From Armatimonadota bacterium (lineage in GTDB: Bacteria > Armatimonadota > SYMT01), in contig JAWLHY010000006.1 of NCBI GenBank assembly GCA_041690135.1, positions 237,964 to 301,963 on the forward strand: a stretch of DNA of 64,000 nucleotides, in the 5' to 3' direction. Positions 47,159-58,417 of this stretch are shown piece by piece. A model generated the notes under the pieces. That model was given only the letters and a program-made list of their open reading frames with translations. It ran no database searches and was not told the origin of the DNA. The position numbers were made by a program, and so were the translations under genes. Each line of letters starts with the position of its first letter. Position 1 is the stretch's first letter.

Positions 47159-48226
47159 TTATCCCAGCTTGAGCGGCTGGCCGCGGCGAGCGCTTTCGTA
47201 GACCGCGGTCATGATCTCGATGGTGTGCCGGGTCGTTTCGATGCTGTTGGCCGGCTCCTCGCCGCGCCGGATCGCCGCGGCAAACCCCTCGAACTGCTTC
47301 AGGTGGCCGCGGGTGGCGAAAGCGAACGGGTCGGAGGCAATGGTGGCATCGCGCGGGCCCTTGGGGCCGAAGCGGGCCAGCATCGCCGCTTCCTCTTCCT
47401 TCTCCGCCTCACGGCTCTCGCCGGCAATCGTCCAGGCGGTCAACTCGTCGTCTTCGACCGTGATGCTGCCTTTGGAGCCGTGGATCAGGAGGGTCCGGCT
47501 GAGGCCCGGGTAGGCCGCCGTCGTCGTGGTCATCGTGCCCAGGGCACCATTCGCGAAGGTCAGCACCGCGACCGTCTTGTCCTCGGATTCGATGTTGTGG
47601 GCAAACACGCCGTACTTGCCGTAGACCTCGACCACGGGGCCGCCCAGCCACTGGACGATGTCGAGCGTGTGGATTCCCTGGTTGGCCAGCGATCCGCCAC
47701 CGTCCAGCTTCCAGGTGCCCTTCCAGCCGCCTGGAGGTCCGTAGTATTCATCGGAGCGCCACCAGTTGACCTCGCCATGTACACCGACCAGCCGGCCGAG
47801 GCGACCGCTCTCGATCGTCTTCCGGATCTCCTGGTAGAGGGGCTCGAAGCGGGACTGGAAGATCACCATCAAGTGCTTCCCGGCCTCCTGCTTCGCCGCG
47901 ATCATCCGGTCCACGGCTTCCAGGGTGACATCCGGCGGCTTCTCGCAGATGACATGTTTGCCGGACTGGAGCGCCTTCACGCTGAGGTCGGCGTGCGTGC
48001 CGGAAGGAGTGCAGATGTTCACGACATCCACGTCGGCATCGTTCAGGAAGTCGTCGTAGGAGGTGTAGGCGCGGACGCCGAACTCCTGGCGGTTCTGTTC
48101 CAGGCGTGGCTCGTTGGCGTCGCAGATGGCCGCCAACTCACAGCCTGCGGCATCGACCAGGTCGCGGCAGTGCTGCACGCCCATTCCGAGGCCTACGACT
48201 CCAAATCGGAGGGGTTTATCACTCAT
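47159..48226 (-). CDS. Gfo/Idh/MocA-family oxidoreductase
   Basis: 'LRFGVVGLGMGVQH' Rossmann N-terminus and the 'VICEKPP' motif are present. I chose the ATG at 48226, which overlaps the hepT stop by 8 nt. Confidence 0.9.
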   Translation of the reverse strand: MSDKPLRFGVVGLGMGVQHCRDLVDAAGCELAAICDANEPRLEQNRQEFGVRAYTSYDDFLNDADVDVVNICTPSGTHADLSVKALQSGKHVICEKPPDVTLEAVDRMIAAKQEAGKHLMVIFQSRFEPLYQEIRKTIESGRLGRLVGVHGEVNWWRSDEYYGPPGGWKGTWKLDGGGSLANQGIHTLDIVQWLGGPVVEVYGKYGVFAHNIESEDKTVAVLTFANGALGTMTTTTAAYPGLSRTLLIHGSKGSITVEDDELTAWTIAGESREAEKEEEAAMLARFGPKGPRDATIASDPFAFATRGHLKQFEGFAAAIRRGEEPANSIETTRHTIEIMTAVYESARRGQPLKLG

Positions 48227-48611
48227 GGGTGTTCTCGTTCTTTTGTGGGCCGTCAAACCCAGCATCACCTTGTTCTACGAGGGCAACGTGGGCTTCCAAC
48301 ATTGAGATTAGCGCGGGAAGATCTAATTCCAGCGTGTCCCACACTCTCTCGGGATCTATATCCCAATAAGCATGCACCAATCGGTTCCGCATACCGATGA
48401 CACTTCTCCAGGGAATGTTGGGATACTCCGCCTTCGCTTCCTCCGAAAGCCGGGTGGCAGCCTCGCCAATTATCTCAATACACCGGACAACGGCAAGCGC
48501 GAACATCCGATCATGCTCTAGATCGTCCCGCGTTCGTGTACTGGCGAAGCCGACTGCCTCGCGAGCGGCCTCCACCATGTGGCGAACACGATTCTGGTCT
48601 TCACGCCGCAT
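48219..48611 (-). CDS. hepT: HepT-like (DUF86) ribonuclease toxin
   Basis: 130 aa. The R-x4-H-x-Y active-site motif is present as 'RNRLVHAY'. It overlaps the upstream nucleotidyltransferase gene by 11 nt. Confidence 0.85.
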   Translation of the reverse strand: MRREDQNRVRHMVEAAREAVGFASTRTRDDLEHDRMFALAVVRCIEIIGEAATRLSEEAKAEYPNIPWRSVIGMRNRLVHAYWDIDPERVWDTLELDLPALISMLEAHVALVEQGDAGFDGPQKNENTHE

Positions 48612-48900
48612 ACTGGATCTCTGCAGCTTGCTCTACTTCCTCGCGAAAGTGCCGGCTGAGCTCCCGTGGCGTGCGGAGGTCGACTCGCCGGCCGAAGAGT
48701 TCGGATAGCTCCTCTTCCATTTTGGCCATCGCCAGCAATCCGGCCCGTACGTCGGGTTCGAACTCAACGAGGACATCCACATCGCTCTCCGGAGTGAAGT
48801 CGCTTCGCAGAACTGAGCCGAAGAGTGACAGTTTGCGAATCCCGTTTCGCCGACAAAACTCTGCAATCCGGTTTCGGTCTACTGTCACTCTCGCGTCCAT
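48601..48900 (-). CDS. mntA: MntA-like minimal nucleotidyltransferase antitoxin
   Basis: 99 aa. 'LFGSVLRSDFTPESDVDVLVEF' matches the G-S-x10-D-x-D nucleotidyltransferase motif. Confidence 0.85.
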   Translation of the reverse strand: MDARVTVDRNRIAEFCRRNGIRKLSLFGSVLRSDFTPESDVDVLVEFEPDVRAGLLAMAKMEEELSELFGRRVDLRTPRELSRHFREEVEQAAEIQYAA

Positions 48901-48909
48901 GGATCTAGC

Positions 48910-51900
48910 TTACCGCTTTCCCTTGCAGTACTCGTCGATGGTGAGGCAGTGGGGGCGCATGTCTTCACCGCCGCCGTTGGCGCGGGCGGAGAGGGCTTCG
49001 AGCAGGGCGCCTACCGTGTCCAGGCTGGTGAGACAGGGCACGCCGTTCTCCACCGCCGCCCGGCGCAGGAGGATCGCTTCCTGCTCGGACTTCTTGTTGC
49101 GGGAGACGGTGTTGATCAGCAGGTTGACCTTTCCTTCCTGGATCAGGGAGATGAGGGTGCGCCCGCCTTCGTGGATCTTATTCGCCTGCTCGGCATCGAT
49201 GCCGTTCTGCTGGAGGTACTTCGCCGTGCCGGCCGTGGCATAGATCTTGTAACCCATCTGCGCGTAGCCCCGCAACATGGGCAGGGCTTCCAGCTTGTCC
49301 GGGTCCGCAATGGTCGCGATGATGGCGCCGTGCGTCGGCACATCGACCCCGCTGGCGATCATCGCCTTGTAGAGGGCGCGCGGGTAATCGAGGTCGGTGC
49401 CCATGATCTCGCCGGTGGACTTCATCTCGGGGCCGAGGCTCACATCGACCTTGGTAAGCTTGGCGAAGCTGAAGACGGGCGCCTTCACCGAAACGTGATG
49501 GGCGGGCCGCTCCGCGCCGCCGGCGTAGAGGCCGGAGGTGTAGCCCAGGTCCTTCAGCCGGTCGCCCAACATACAACGGGTGGCGAGATGCACCATCGGG
49601 ACGCCCGTGATCTTGGAAAGGTAGGGAACCGTGCGGCTGGAGCGCGGGTTCACTTCGAGGATGTAGACCTCCTCGCCCTCGACCACGAACTGGATGTTCA
49701 TCAGGCCAACGACTTTGAGCGCCCGCGCCACGCGGATGGCGTAGTCGCACATCTTGTCCTGGACGACCTGCGACAGAGACTGCGGCGGAAACACCGCCAT
49801 CGAGTCGCCGCTGTGGACGCCGGCCCGCTCGATATGCTCCATGATGCCGGGGATGAGACAGTCCACGCCATCGGAGATGACGTCGACTTCCGCTTCCTTA
49901 CCCAGGACATACTTGTCGACCAGGATGGGCGCGTCCGGGCTCACTTCCACCACATACCGCATGTAGTTGAGCAGTGCTTCACGAGTGTGGATGATCTCCA
50001 TCGCCCGGCCGCCCAGCACGTAGGACGGGCGGACCAGCACCGGATAGCCGATCTCATCCGCTACCTCGACGGCCGCCTCAATGGAGCGGACCGCGCGTCC
50101 CGGAGGCTTGGGAATGCCCAGGTCGCTAAGCATCTGCTCGAAGAGGTCCCGATCTTCCGCGGCATCGATCCCCTCGACCGTGGTCCCGAGGATCGGCACG
50201 CCGGCCTCCTTCAACGGCTTCGCCAGGTTGATGGCCGTTTGCCCGCCGAACTGGACGATCACCCCTTCCGGCTTCTCCTCGGCCACGATCGCCAGCACGT
50301 TCTCCAGGGTTAGCGGCTCGAAGTAGAGGCGGTCGGAGGTATCGAAGTCGGTGGAGACCGTTTCCGGATTGTTGTTGATGACGATCGATTCGTAGCCGGC
50401 CTCGCGGAGCGCCCACACGCCATGCACGGTACAGTAGTCGAATTCGATCCCCTGTCCGATCCGGATCGGCCCGGAGCCGATCACGATAGCCTTCTTCTTA
50501 GGGGCTAGGGGCTGGGGGTCGGGGGTCGGGGTGGTCGGGGAAGCGGGGGAATTGACAATTGTCAATTGGGCATCTGCTTCTGACCCCTGGCCCCTGGCCC
50601 CTGGCCCCTCACCGCCATCAGCAGCTTCGTCTTCGGTTTCGTAGGTGCTGTAGAAGTAGGGGGTGGCAGCCTCGAATTCGGCGGCGCAGGTGTCCACCAT
50701 CTTGTAGACGGGCTTGATGCCGTTCGCCCAGCGCAGGTCACGGATTTCCTTCTCCGTCACCCCGCACTTCTCGGCCAGCGTTCGGTCACTGATGCCGCAG
50801 CGCTTGGCGGCCGCCAGATCCGCCAGGAACTGCGGATCGGCGGACGGCTGCCGCCCCTCGAAGCTGTCTTCGAGGCGGACCAGCTCGCGCACCTTCCAGA
50901 GGAACCAGGGGTCGACGTGGGTAAGCGACTGGACCTCTTTGATTTCCCACCCGCGCCGGAAAGCCTCGGCGATGGCGAAGAGACGCTCGTCCGTCGCCTT
51001 GCGGAGACCGACCTCGAGCTCCATCTCGCTCCAGCCATGGGTATTCCGCGCGGAAAGGCCGTGGACCCCCACTTCGAGCGAGCGGATTGCCTTCAACAGT
51101 GCGGACTCGAAGGTGCGCCCGATGGACATCACCTCGCCGGTGGCCTTCATCTGGGTGCCGATGGTCCGGTCCGCGGTCACGAACTTGTCGAAGGGCCAGC
51201 GTGGGATCTTAACGACGCAGTAATCGAGCGCCGGTTCGAAGCAGGCCAGCGTCTTGCGGGTCACTTCGTTCCGGATCTCGTCCAGCCGAAGCCCGATACA
51301 AATCTTGGCGGAAACGCGTGCGATCGGGTAACCCGTCGCCTTGGAAGCCAGCGCGGAGGAGCGGCTGACCCGCGGGTTCACCTCGATCACGTAGTACTGG
51401 AAGCTCTTCGGGTCGAGGGCGAGCTGGACGTTGCAGCCCCCTTCGATCCCCAGCGCGCGGATGATCTTGAGGGAGGCGGACCGGAGCATCTGGTACTCCT
51501 TGTCCGACAGCGTCTGGCTCGGCGCCACCACGATGGAGTCCCCAGTATGAACGCCCATCGGGTCGAAATTCTCCATGTTACAGATGGTGATACAGGTATC
51601 CGCGCCGTCGCGCATCACCTCGTATTCCACCTCTTTCCAGCCGGCGAGATACCGCTCCACCAGGATCTGGTGCCGCATGGAGAGTTTCAGGCCCAGCGCG
51701 CCAATCTCCATCAACTCATTCCGGTCCTGGGCGATTCCGCCGCCGGTCCCACCCAGCGTGTAGGCCGGACGCACGATCAGCGGCCACGGCAGATCGTCCT
51801 GGCCGGCCAGCTCACGGAGCTGTTCCATGCTCTCGATGATCCAGCTCTCCGGCACCGGCTCGCCGATGCGGCGCATGAGGGAGCGGAACTCCTCGCGGTC

Positions 51901-52281
51901 CTCGGCCATCCGGATCGAAGGAAGAGGCGTGCCCAGCAGTTCGACGTCGTACTTCTCCAGCACGCCCGCCGCGGCCAGCTTGGTGGCCAGGTTCAGACCC
52001 ATCTGTCCGCCCAGGCCCGGCGCGAGGCCGTCCGGACGCTCGCGGGCGATGACCTTCTCCGCGAACTCGACCGTGAGCGGCTCGATGTAAACCCGGTCCG
52101 CCATCTCCGTATCGGTCATGATGGTGGCGGGGTTGGAGTTAATGAGGACGACCTCACACCCTTCCTCGCGTAAGGACTGGCAAGCCTGGGTGCCCGCGTA
52201 GTCGAACTCTGCGGCCTGGCCGATGATGATCGGCCCGGAGCCGATGACCATTACTTTCTTGATGTGCGGTTTCTTTGGCAT
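48910..52281 (-). CDS. carB: carbamoyl-phosphate synthase large subunit
   Basis: 1123 aa, recognisable end to end ([26 protein letters not shown]… second half [22 protein letters not shown]…). A ~40-aa low-complexity insert lies in the inter-half linker (see findings). Confidence 0.95.
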   Translation of the reverse strand: MPKKPHIKKVMVIGSGPIIIGQAAEFDYAGTQACQSLREEGCEVVLINSNPATIMTDTEMADRVYIEPLTVEFAEKVIARERPDGLAPGLGGQMGLNLATKLAAAGVLEKYDVELLGTPLPSIRMAEDREEFRSLMRRIGEPVPESWIIESMEQLRELAGQDDLPWPLIVRPAYTLGGTGGGIAQDRNELMEIGALGLKLSMRHQILVERYLAGWKEVEYEVMRDGADTCITICNMENFDPMGVHTGDSIVVAPSQTLSDKEYQMLRSASLKIIRALGIEGGCNVQLALDPKSFQYYVIEVNPRVSRSSALASKATGYPIARVSAKICIGLRLDEIRNEVTRKTLACFEPALDYCVVKIPRWPFDKFVTADRTIGTQMKATGEVMSIGRTFESALLKAIRSLEVGVHGLSARNTHGWSEMELEVGLRKATDERLFAIAEAFRRGWEIKEVQSLTHVDPWFLWKVRELVRLEDSFEGRQPSADPQFLADLAAAKRCGISDRTLAEKCGVTEKEIRDLRWANGIKPVYKMVDTCAAEFEAATPYFYSTYETEDEAADGGEGPGARGQGSEADAQLTIVNSPASPTTPTPDPQPLAPKKKAIVIGSGPIRIGQGIEFDYCTVHGVWALREAGYESIVINNNPETVSTDFDTSDRLYFEPLTLENVLAIVAEEKPEGVIVQFGGQTAINLAKPLKEAGVPILGTTVEGIDAAEDRDLFEQMLSDLGIPKPPGRAVRSIEAAVEVADEIGYPVLVRPSYVLGGRAMEIIHTREALLNYMRYVVEVSPDAPILVDKYVLGKEAEVDVISDGVDCLIPGIMEHIERAGVHSGDSMAVFPPQSLSQVVQDKMCDYAIRVARALKVVGLMNIQFVVEGEEVYILEVNPRSSRTVPYLSKITGVPMVHLATRCMLGDRLKDLGYTSGLYAGGAERPAHHVSVKAPVFSFAKLTKVDVSLGPEMKSTGEIMGTDLDYPRALYKAMIASGVDVPTHGAIIATIADPDKLEALPMLRGYAQMGYKIYATAGTAKYLQQNGIDAEQANKIHEGGRTLISLIQEGKVNLLINTVSRNKKSEQEAILLRRAAVENGVPCLTSLDTVGALLEALSARANGGGEDMRPHCLTIDEYCKGKR
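50500..50610. repeat. G-rich/C-rich imperfect inverted repeat with perfect 18-bp palindromic core, in frame inside carB
   Basis: The plus strand has a G-run arm at 50501-50549, the core AATTGACAATTGTCAATT at 50550-50567, and a C-run arm at 50568-50610 containing (CCCCTGGCC)x3. Confidence 0.8.
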
Positions 52282-52297
52282 ACGTCCTGCTATCGTC

Positions 52298-52900
52298 CTA
52301 CAACAAACCGAACCGGATCAGGGGCCAGGTTACCAGGAACCCCCGTCCAACGAAATTCTCCCGGAAGGCCGCGCCCCACTCGTGACTGTCCCGGCTGAAG
52401 TTCCGGTTGTCACCCAGCACCCAGTACTCCCGAGCCTCTAGCTTCAGCGGCTTCGTGGTGTAAAGCATCGGCTGCCCTTCCTCGATGTACGGCTCCGGGA
52501 GCACCTTGCCGTCGATGAACAACTTTCCGTCGCGCACCTCGATCGTATCGCCGGGAAGACCAACCACCCGCTTCACCAGGAAGGGCCCGTTGCCATCTTC
52601 CGGCGTGGGATTGCGCAGCACCCAGATCTCTCCACGGCGCGGACCCACCCGAGGCGCGATGAGTATGTCCGCCCGGAAGCGGTCCCCCTCCTGCAGTCGC
52701 GGGAACATCGAACTCGATGGCACGAAGTACGGCTGCGTCCCCGTGAAGTAAATGGAGAGCGCAAGGCCCGCCACCAGGATCAACAGAAACTTTTGCCACC
52801 CCGGAACCGCGGCCCAACCGGTCTTCCGGTTGCCGCGCGGCGCGTATGGATCGCGTGCTTCCAACTCCGGATCGTCCGGCCGGCGCCACGCCTCGCTCAA
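52298..52900 (-). CDS. lepB: signal peptidase I
   Basis: 200 aa with an N-terminal TM. The catalytic Ser box is 'PSSSMFP', the Lys box is '[10 protein letters not shown]', and '[14 protein letters not shown]' is present. The start is uncertain because the ORF-track start at 52900 is a TTG. Confidence 0.8.
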   Translation of the reverse strand: MSEAWRRPDDPELEARDPYAPRGNRKTGWAAVPGWQKFLLILVAGLALSIYFTGTQPYFVPSSSMFPRLQEGDRFRADILIAPRVGPRRGEIWVLRNPTPEDGNGPFLVKRVVGLPGDTIEVRDGKLFIDGKVLPEPYIEEGQPMLYTTKPLKLEAREYWVLGDNRNFSRDSHEWGAAFRENFVGRGFLVTWPLIRFGLL

Positions 52901-53116
52901 CCGCTCCGGCGCCCGCTCGCGCAGGCTCTCCCCGGAACGGGACCGGGATCGCGAGGATCTCTCGCCCCGATGAGAAGGCTCGCTGCCGTGCGAGCGGCTG
53001 CTCCCCTGGGAGCGACCGTGGCCATGCGATCTCCCACTGCGGTGAGACCGGCCGCTGCCCCGTGACCCCTCTCGGGAGTCGCCTTCGCGATGCCTCGGCT
53101 TTTCCGGGTCCAGGGT

Positions 53117-54211
53117 TTAGCTCTCCTCCATCGCTTCGATGAAGCGGTTGAACAGATAGGCGCTGTCGCGCGGGCCGGGGTTCGCTTCCGGATGGTACTG
53201 AATGGTGAATACCGGCAGCTCCCGGTGGCGCAGCCCCTCGACCGTTCCGTCGTTCAGGTTTACGTGGCTGACCTCCAACCCGCTCTTCTCCAGCCCCTCC
53301 GGATTGACGGCATAGCCGTGATTCTGGCTGGTGATATAGACGCGGTCCGTGGCCAGTTCCTTGACCGGGTGGTTGCCGCCCCGGTGTCCGAACGGCAGCT
53401 TGAAGGTCCCCGCACCGAACGCCTTTCCCACGATCTGGTTGCCCAGGCAAATCCCGAAGACCGGCCGGCCGCTGTGGATGAGGGTGCGGGCCGTGTCCAC
53501 CACCCCGCCCAGGCGGTCCGGGTCGCCGGGACCGGGCGAGAAGGCGATGCCGTCGGGATTTCGCTCCAGGATCTCCTCGGCACGCGTAGTGCAGGGGAAG
53601 ACGGTGGTACGCACCCCGCACTCGCCGAGCGCGCGCAGGATGTTGTACTTCACGCCGCAGTCGACCAGGCTCACCTCCAGCACGCGGCCATCGGGGCGGG
53701 TCGCCGTGGGCTCCCACACGTAGGGTTCCGCCGTGGTCACCTTCTGCACGTAACTGATACTGCTGTAGTGCGGGCTCTCGCGCAGGCGCTGCAGGGCCGC
53801 TTCCGGCTCCAGCTCCGAGGAGATGAGCCCCATCATCACGCCCTGGACGCGCAGCCGACGGGTGAGGGCACGGGTGTCGATCCCCTGGATCCCCACGACG
53901 CCCTGGCGCGTGAGGAACGACTGTAGATCCTCCCCGCTGCGCCAGTTGCTGGGCGCCTCACAAAGCTGTTTGATGATGAACCCGGAGGCCTGAATGCCCC
54001 GCGACTCGAAGTCCGCTTCCGTGACCCCATAGTTGCCGATGAGGGGATAGGTGAGGGTGAGGAGCTGCCCCGCGTACGAAGGGTCGCTCAACATCTCCTG
54101 GTAACCGGTCATGGAGGTGCTGAACACCACCTCGCCGGCTACCGTCCCCGGAGCTCCGATGGCCTGGCCTTCGAATACCGAGCCGTCTTCCAGAACCAGT
54201 AAACTACGCAT
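53117..54211 (-). CDS. carA: carbamoyl-phosphate synthase small (glutaminase) subunit
   Basis: 'LLVLEDGSVFEGQAIGA', 'VVFSTSMTGYQEMLSDPSY', 'GICLGNQ' (catalytic Cys) and 'QYHPEA' are present. The start is at 54211 (MRSLLVLEDG), with an alternative at 54226. It overlaps the pyrC stop. Confidence 0.92.
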   Translation of the reverse strand: MRSLLVLEDGSVFEGQAIGAPGTVAGEVVFSTSMTGYQEMLSDPSYAGQLLTLTYPLIGNYGVTEADFESRGIQASGFIIKQLCEAPSNWRSGEDLQSFLTRQGVVGIQGIDTRALTRRLRVQGVMMGLISSELEPEAALQRLRESPHYSSISYVQKVTTAEPYVWEPTATRPDGRVLEVSLVDCGVKYNILRALGECGVRTTVFPCTTRAEEILERNPDGIAFSPGPGDPDRLGGVVDTARTLIHSGRPVFGICLGNQIVGKAFGAGTFKLPFGHRGGNHPVKELATDRVYITSQNHGYAVNPEGLEKSGLEVSHVNLNDGTVEGLRHRELPVFTIQYHPEANPGPRDSAYLFNRFIEAMEES

Positions 54212-55529
54212 CCAGTACGATCCCATCCCGCATCAAAACCCGGCCACCGGAAACGGTGGCGCAGGCGGCACCCTTCAATTCCCAACCCGCGAACGGCGTG
54301 TTCTTGCTCCGGCTGTAGAGCTTCTCCGGCTCCACCACGTACTCGCGGTCCAGGTCGAGGACCGTGACGTCGCCGGGCGCCCCCACCTGGAGCGTGCCCA
54401 GCAGCGGATGTACCCCCGCCGGCAGCCGGTAGCCATCGCCCTTCAGCACCGCCGCGGGGTGCGTCGAGAGCTTCGCAACCGCCTCCGACAGCGACACGAC
54501 CCCCGGCCGGACCAGCTTATCCAGCGTGAGCGGCACCGCCGTTTCCAGCCCGACCATTCCGAACATCGCCAGGTCGAACTCGCATTCCTTCTCGTTCACC
54601 GCGTGCGGGGCGTGATCGGTGGCGATGCAATCGATCGTCCCGTCGGCCAGCCCCTCCAGCACGGCGGCCACGTCGTCCGCGCTGCGCAGCGGCGGATTCA
54701 CCTTGGCCTGCGTGTTGTAGTTGAGGCAGGCCTCGTCCGTGAGGCAGAAGTGGTGGGGACACCCCTCCGCCGTGACCGGCAGCCCCTGCGCCTTCGCCCG
54801 GCGGACCAGATCCACCGACACCCGCGTGGAAACGTGGAGGATGTGCAGCCGGACCCCGGTGAGACGGCAAAGCTCGATATTCCGCGCCACATGGACATCT
54901 TCGGCCGCATTGGGGATTCCGCGGATGCCGAGGAGGGTGGAGACCGGCCCCTCGTTCATGTGGCCGCCTTCCGCCAGGGATTTGTCCTCGCAGTGGAGGG
55001 CCACCCCCCGGTGGAGCATCCGGGCGTACTCCATCGCCCGCCGCATCACCTCGGTGTCCTGGATCGGGAAGGCGTCATCCGAGAAGAGCGCGGCGCCGGC
55101 ATCCGCCAGGCGGCCCATCTCGGCCAGCTCCTTGCCGGCATTCGCCTTCGTCATCGCGGCGAGCACGTGAACCTTCACGCCGACCGCGGCTTCCGTCTTG
55201 TCCTGGATCAGCCGCACGACGGAGGGATCGTCGATGGCCGGATCGGTGTTCGGCATGCAGCAGGCGTGTACGAACCCACCCGCGGCGGCCGATTTCGCCC
55301 CGGTGGCGATCGTTTCCTTATACTCCTGTCCCGGTTCCCGCATGTGCACGTGCAGGTCGATGAAGCCGGGGCAGACGACGCGGTCCGACGCATCGAGGGT
55401 TTCGTGGTTGCCCGCCGCCAGGCCGCGCTCGACGGCGACGACGTGGCCCGCCTCGATGAGCACGTCGGCTTCGCGGTCCAGGTTTTGCGACGGGTCGATC
55501 ACCCGCCCGTTTTTGATCAGAAGTCCCAT
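54204..55529 (-). CDS. pyrC: dihydroorotase
   Basis: 441 aa with 'GFIDLHVHMREPG', 'HCED', 'ATDHAPH' and 'PFAGWEL' motifs. Confidence 0.92.
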   Translation of the reverse strand: MGLLIKNGRVIDPSQNLDREADVLIEAGHVVAVERGLAAGNHETLDASDRVVCPGFIDLHVHMREPGQEYKETIATGAKSAAAGGFVHACCMPNTDPAIDDPSVVRLIQDKTEAAVGVKVHVLAAMTKANAGKELAEMGRLADAGAALFSDDAFPIQDTEVMRRAMEYARMLHRGVALHCEDKSLAEGGHMNEGPVSTLLGIRGIPNAAEDVHVARNIELCRLTGVRLHILHVSTRVSVDLVRRAKAQGLPVTAEGCPHHFCLTDEACLNYNTQAKVNPPLRSADDVAAVLEGLADGTIDCIATDHAPHAVNEKECEFDLAMFGMVGLETAVPLTLDKLVRPGVVSLSEAVAKLSTHPAAVLKGDGYRLPAGVHPLLGTLQVGAPGDVTVLDLDREYVVEPEKLYSRSKNTPFAGWELKGAACATVSGGRVLMRDGIVLDA

Positions 55530-55550
55530 TGTTTTGGATTAGGACAAGCG

Positions 55551-55580
55551 AAGATAAAGATAAGGATAAAGACAAAGACC
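55551..55580. repeat. five tandem degenerate hexamers (AAGATA AAGATA AGGATA AAGACA AAGACC)
   Basis: Read directly from the sequence. The repeats fill most of the 59-nt pyrB-pyrC spacer. They are pyrimidine-rich on the mRNA strand and strikingly AT-rich for this genome. Confidence 0.8.
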
Positions 55581-55588
55581 AACCAGGG

Positions 55589-57235
<1,647 letters not shown>

Positions 57236-58333
57236 TATCGTCTGCTCAGTCTATCACGGCGATGGGGTGCATGCGAAGGGTTCGTGCTGCAATTGCGTGC
57301 CTTGATTTCGACACAGAGGGGCACAGAGGAGGCCGAGAAGGAACACAGAATTCGGAACCGGGATGGACACGGAGGACACGGATCGGACGGATGGGCACGG
57401 ACGACTGCGGTTGGGGTGGTCTCTCGCAAATCCATCACCCGCACACGGGTACCCGACCCGAACCGGGGGCGCAAAGATACCCAAAGGACTATAAAGGGAG
57501 CGAAGGGTGCGGACCTGGTTTAGGAACAGCTTGCAGGGGTTTCATGGTGCGCGTGGGAGCCGGTTTGGGAATCTCGCAGAACACGGAACGGGAGGAAAAG
57601 GTAGCACAGGGCCTCGTGCCCGTTGGTTACGGTACGCACAGACGATAGTGGTGGTGCCGCCTAATGACGGGGAGCCCGTGATGGTTGCGGAGGACGCCTG
57701 ACGGGTAGCGGTGCTCTATCCGGCGGCGGAGCACACCCAGTTGCGCGGTGGATTGGGGAACGCAGAGGGCGCAGAGAGTGTGAAGCGCGCAAAGGGGGAC
57801 AAGGACGGGATGGGTGCGGGAGTGGAGGGGAGTTCGTTTCGCAACTTCTGTGTTGCATACCTTCCGCCGAAATCCGCCGATCTTTCCCGGCACCCGCGCC
57901 GCGAGGGTGAGTTCGTTTCGCAGCTATCGAGTACGGAAGGCTGTAGGGGAGCGGTCGCTGTCCCTTCCCCAGAGCGTGTTCACGCACCCGTCGTCCAACC
58001 GTGAGGGAGGGTCGGCCACCCCGCGGCTGACGAAAAGTCCGCTGACTGGGTAAGGGCTTCCGCCCTTTCGGCCCCCTCCCCCAATCCTGGGGGTGACTGC
58101 ACCCCACGACGCTGGCCGCTCCACCCGAAGCCGGACGGGAATCCGGACGAGCTTTCCGGTTTGCCCGCGGCGCATGCGTCCGTATGGAAACACGCGGAAT
58201 GGCGCGGAAGAAGGAAGGAACGTGAAGATTGGCCCACTCCGTGTGTGGGGAAAGTTCCGCCACCCCGCGGGTGGCAAAAGTTCCGGCTTCCGGGTTCCGC
58301 CACTTCGCAGGAGGCAAAACCTTCGAGGCTCGA

Positions 58334-58359
58334 CTGCCCACTGCCCACTGCCCACTGCC
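58334..58359. repeat. heptamer tandem repeat (CTGCCCA)x3 + CTGCC
   Basis: Read directly from the sequence, inside the 1.45-kb non-coding tract. Confidence 0.85.
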
Positions 58360-58417
58360 TTCTGGGATTGCCCGGTAACCAGTTTACCAGGAGATCGAAG
58401 GCAATACAAATACATGT

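Noticed and set aside
50550-50567. Internal promoter or operator in carB, because the palindrome contains the -35 consensus TTGACA on both strands.
   Set aside because: No plausible -10 element lies at 16-19-nt spacing on either strand; the flanks are G-runs and C-runs. The symmetry is better explained as the core of a palindromic insertion element.
52901-53119. carA-lepB fusion or programmed read-through, because both genes share a frame and only one TAA separates 72 further stop-free codons.
   Set aside because: CarA ends at a normal C-terminus (…FNRFIEAMEES). Same-frame neighbours occur by chance one time in three. Stop-free runs of this length are common at this GC content. I kept it only as a note on the uncertain lepB start.
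58020-58080. RNase P RNA-like or other housekeeping ncRNA, because of 'GACGAAAAGTCCGCTGACTGGG' in the long non-coding tract.
   Set aside because: Only a loose resemblance to the GGAAAGUCCGG box. The other conserved RNase P elements, and tmRNA or SRP signature sequences, could not be found nearby by eye. A covariance-model scan is needed to settle it.
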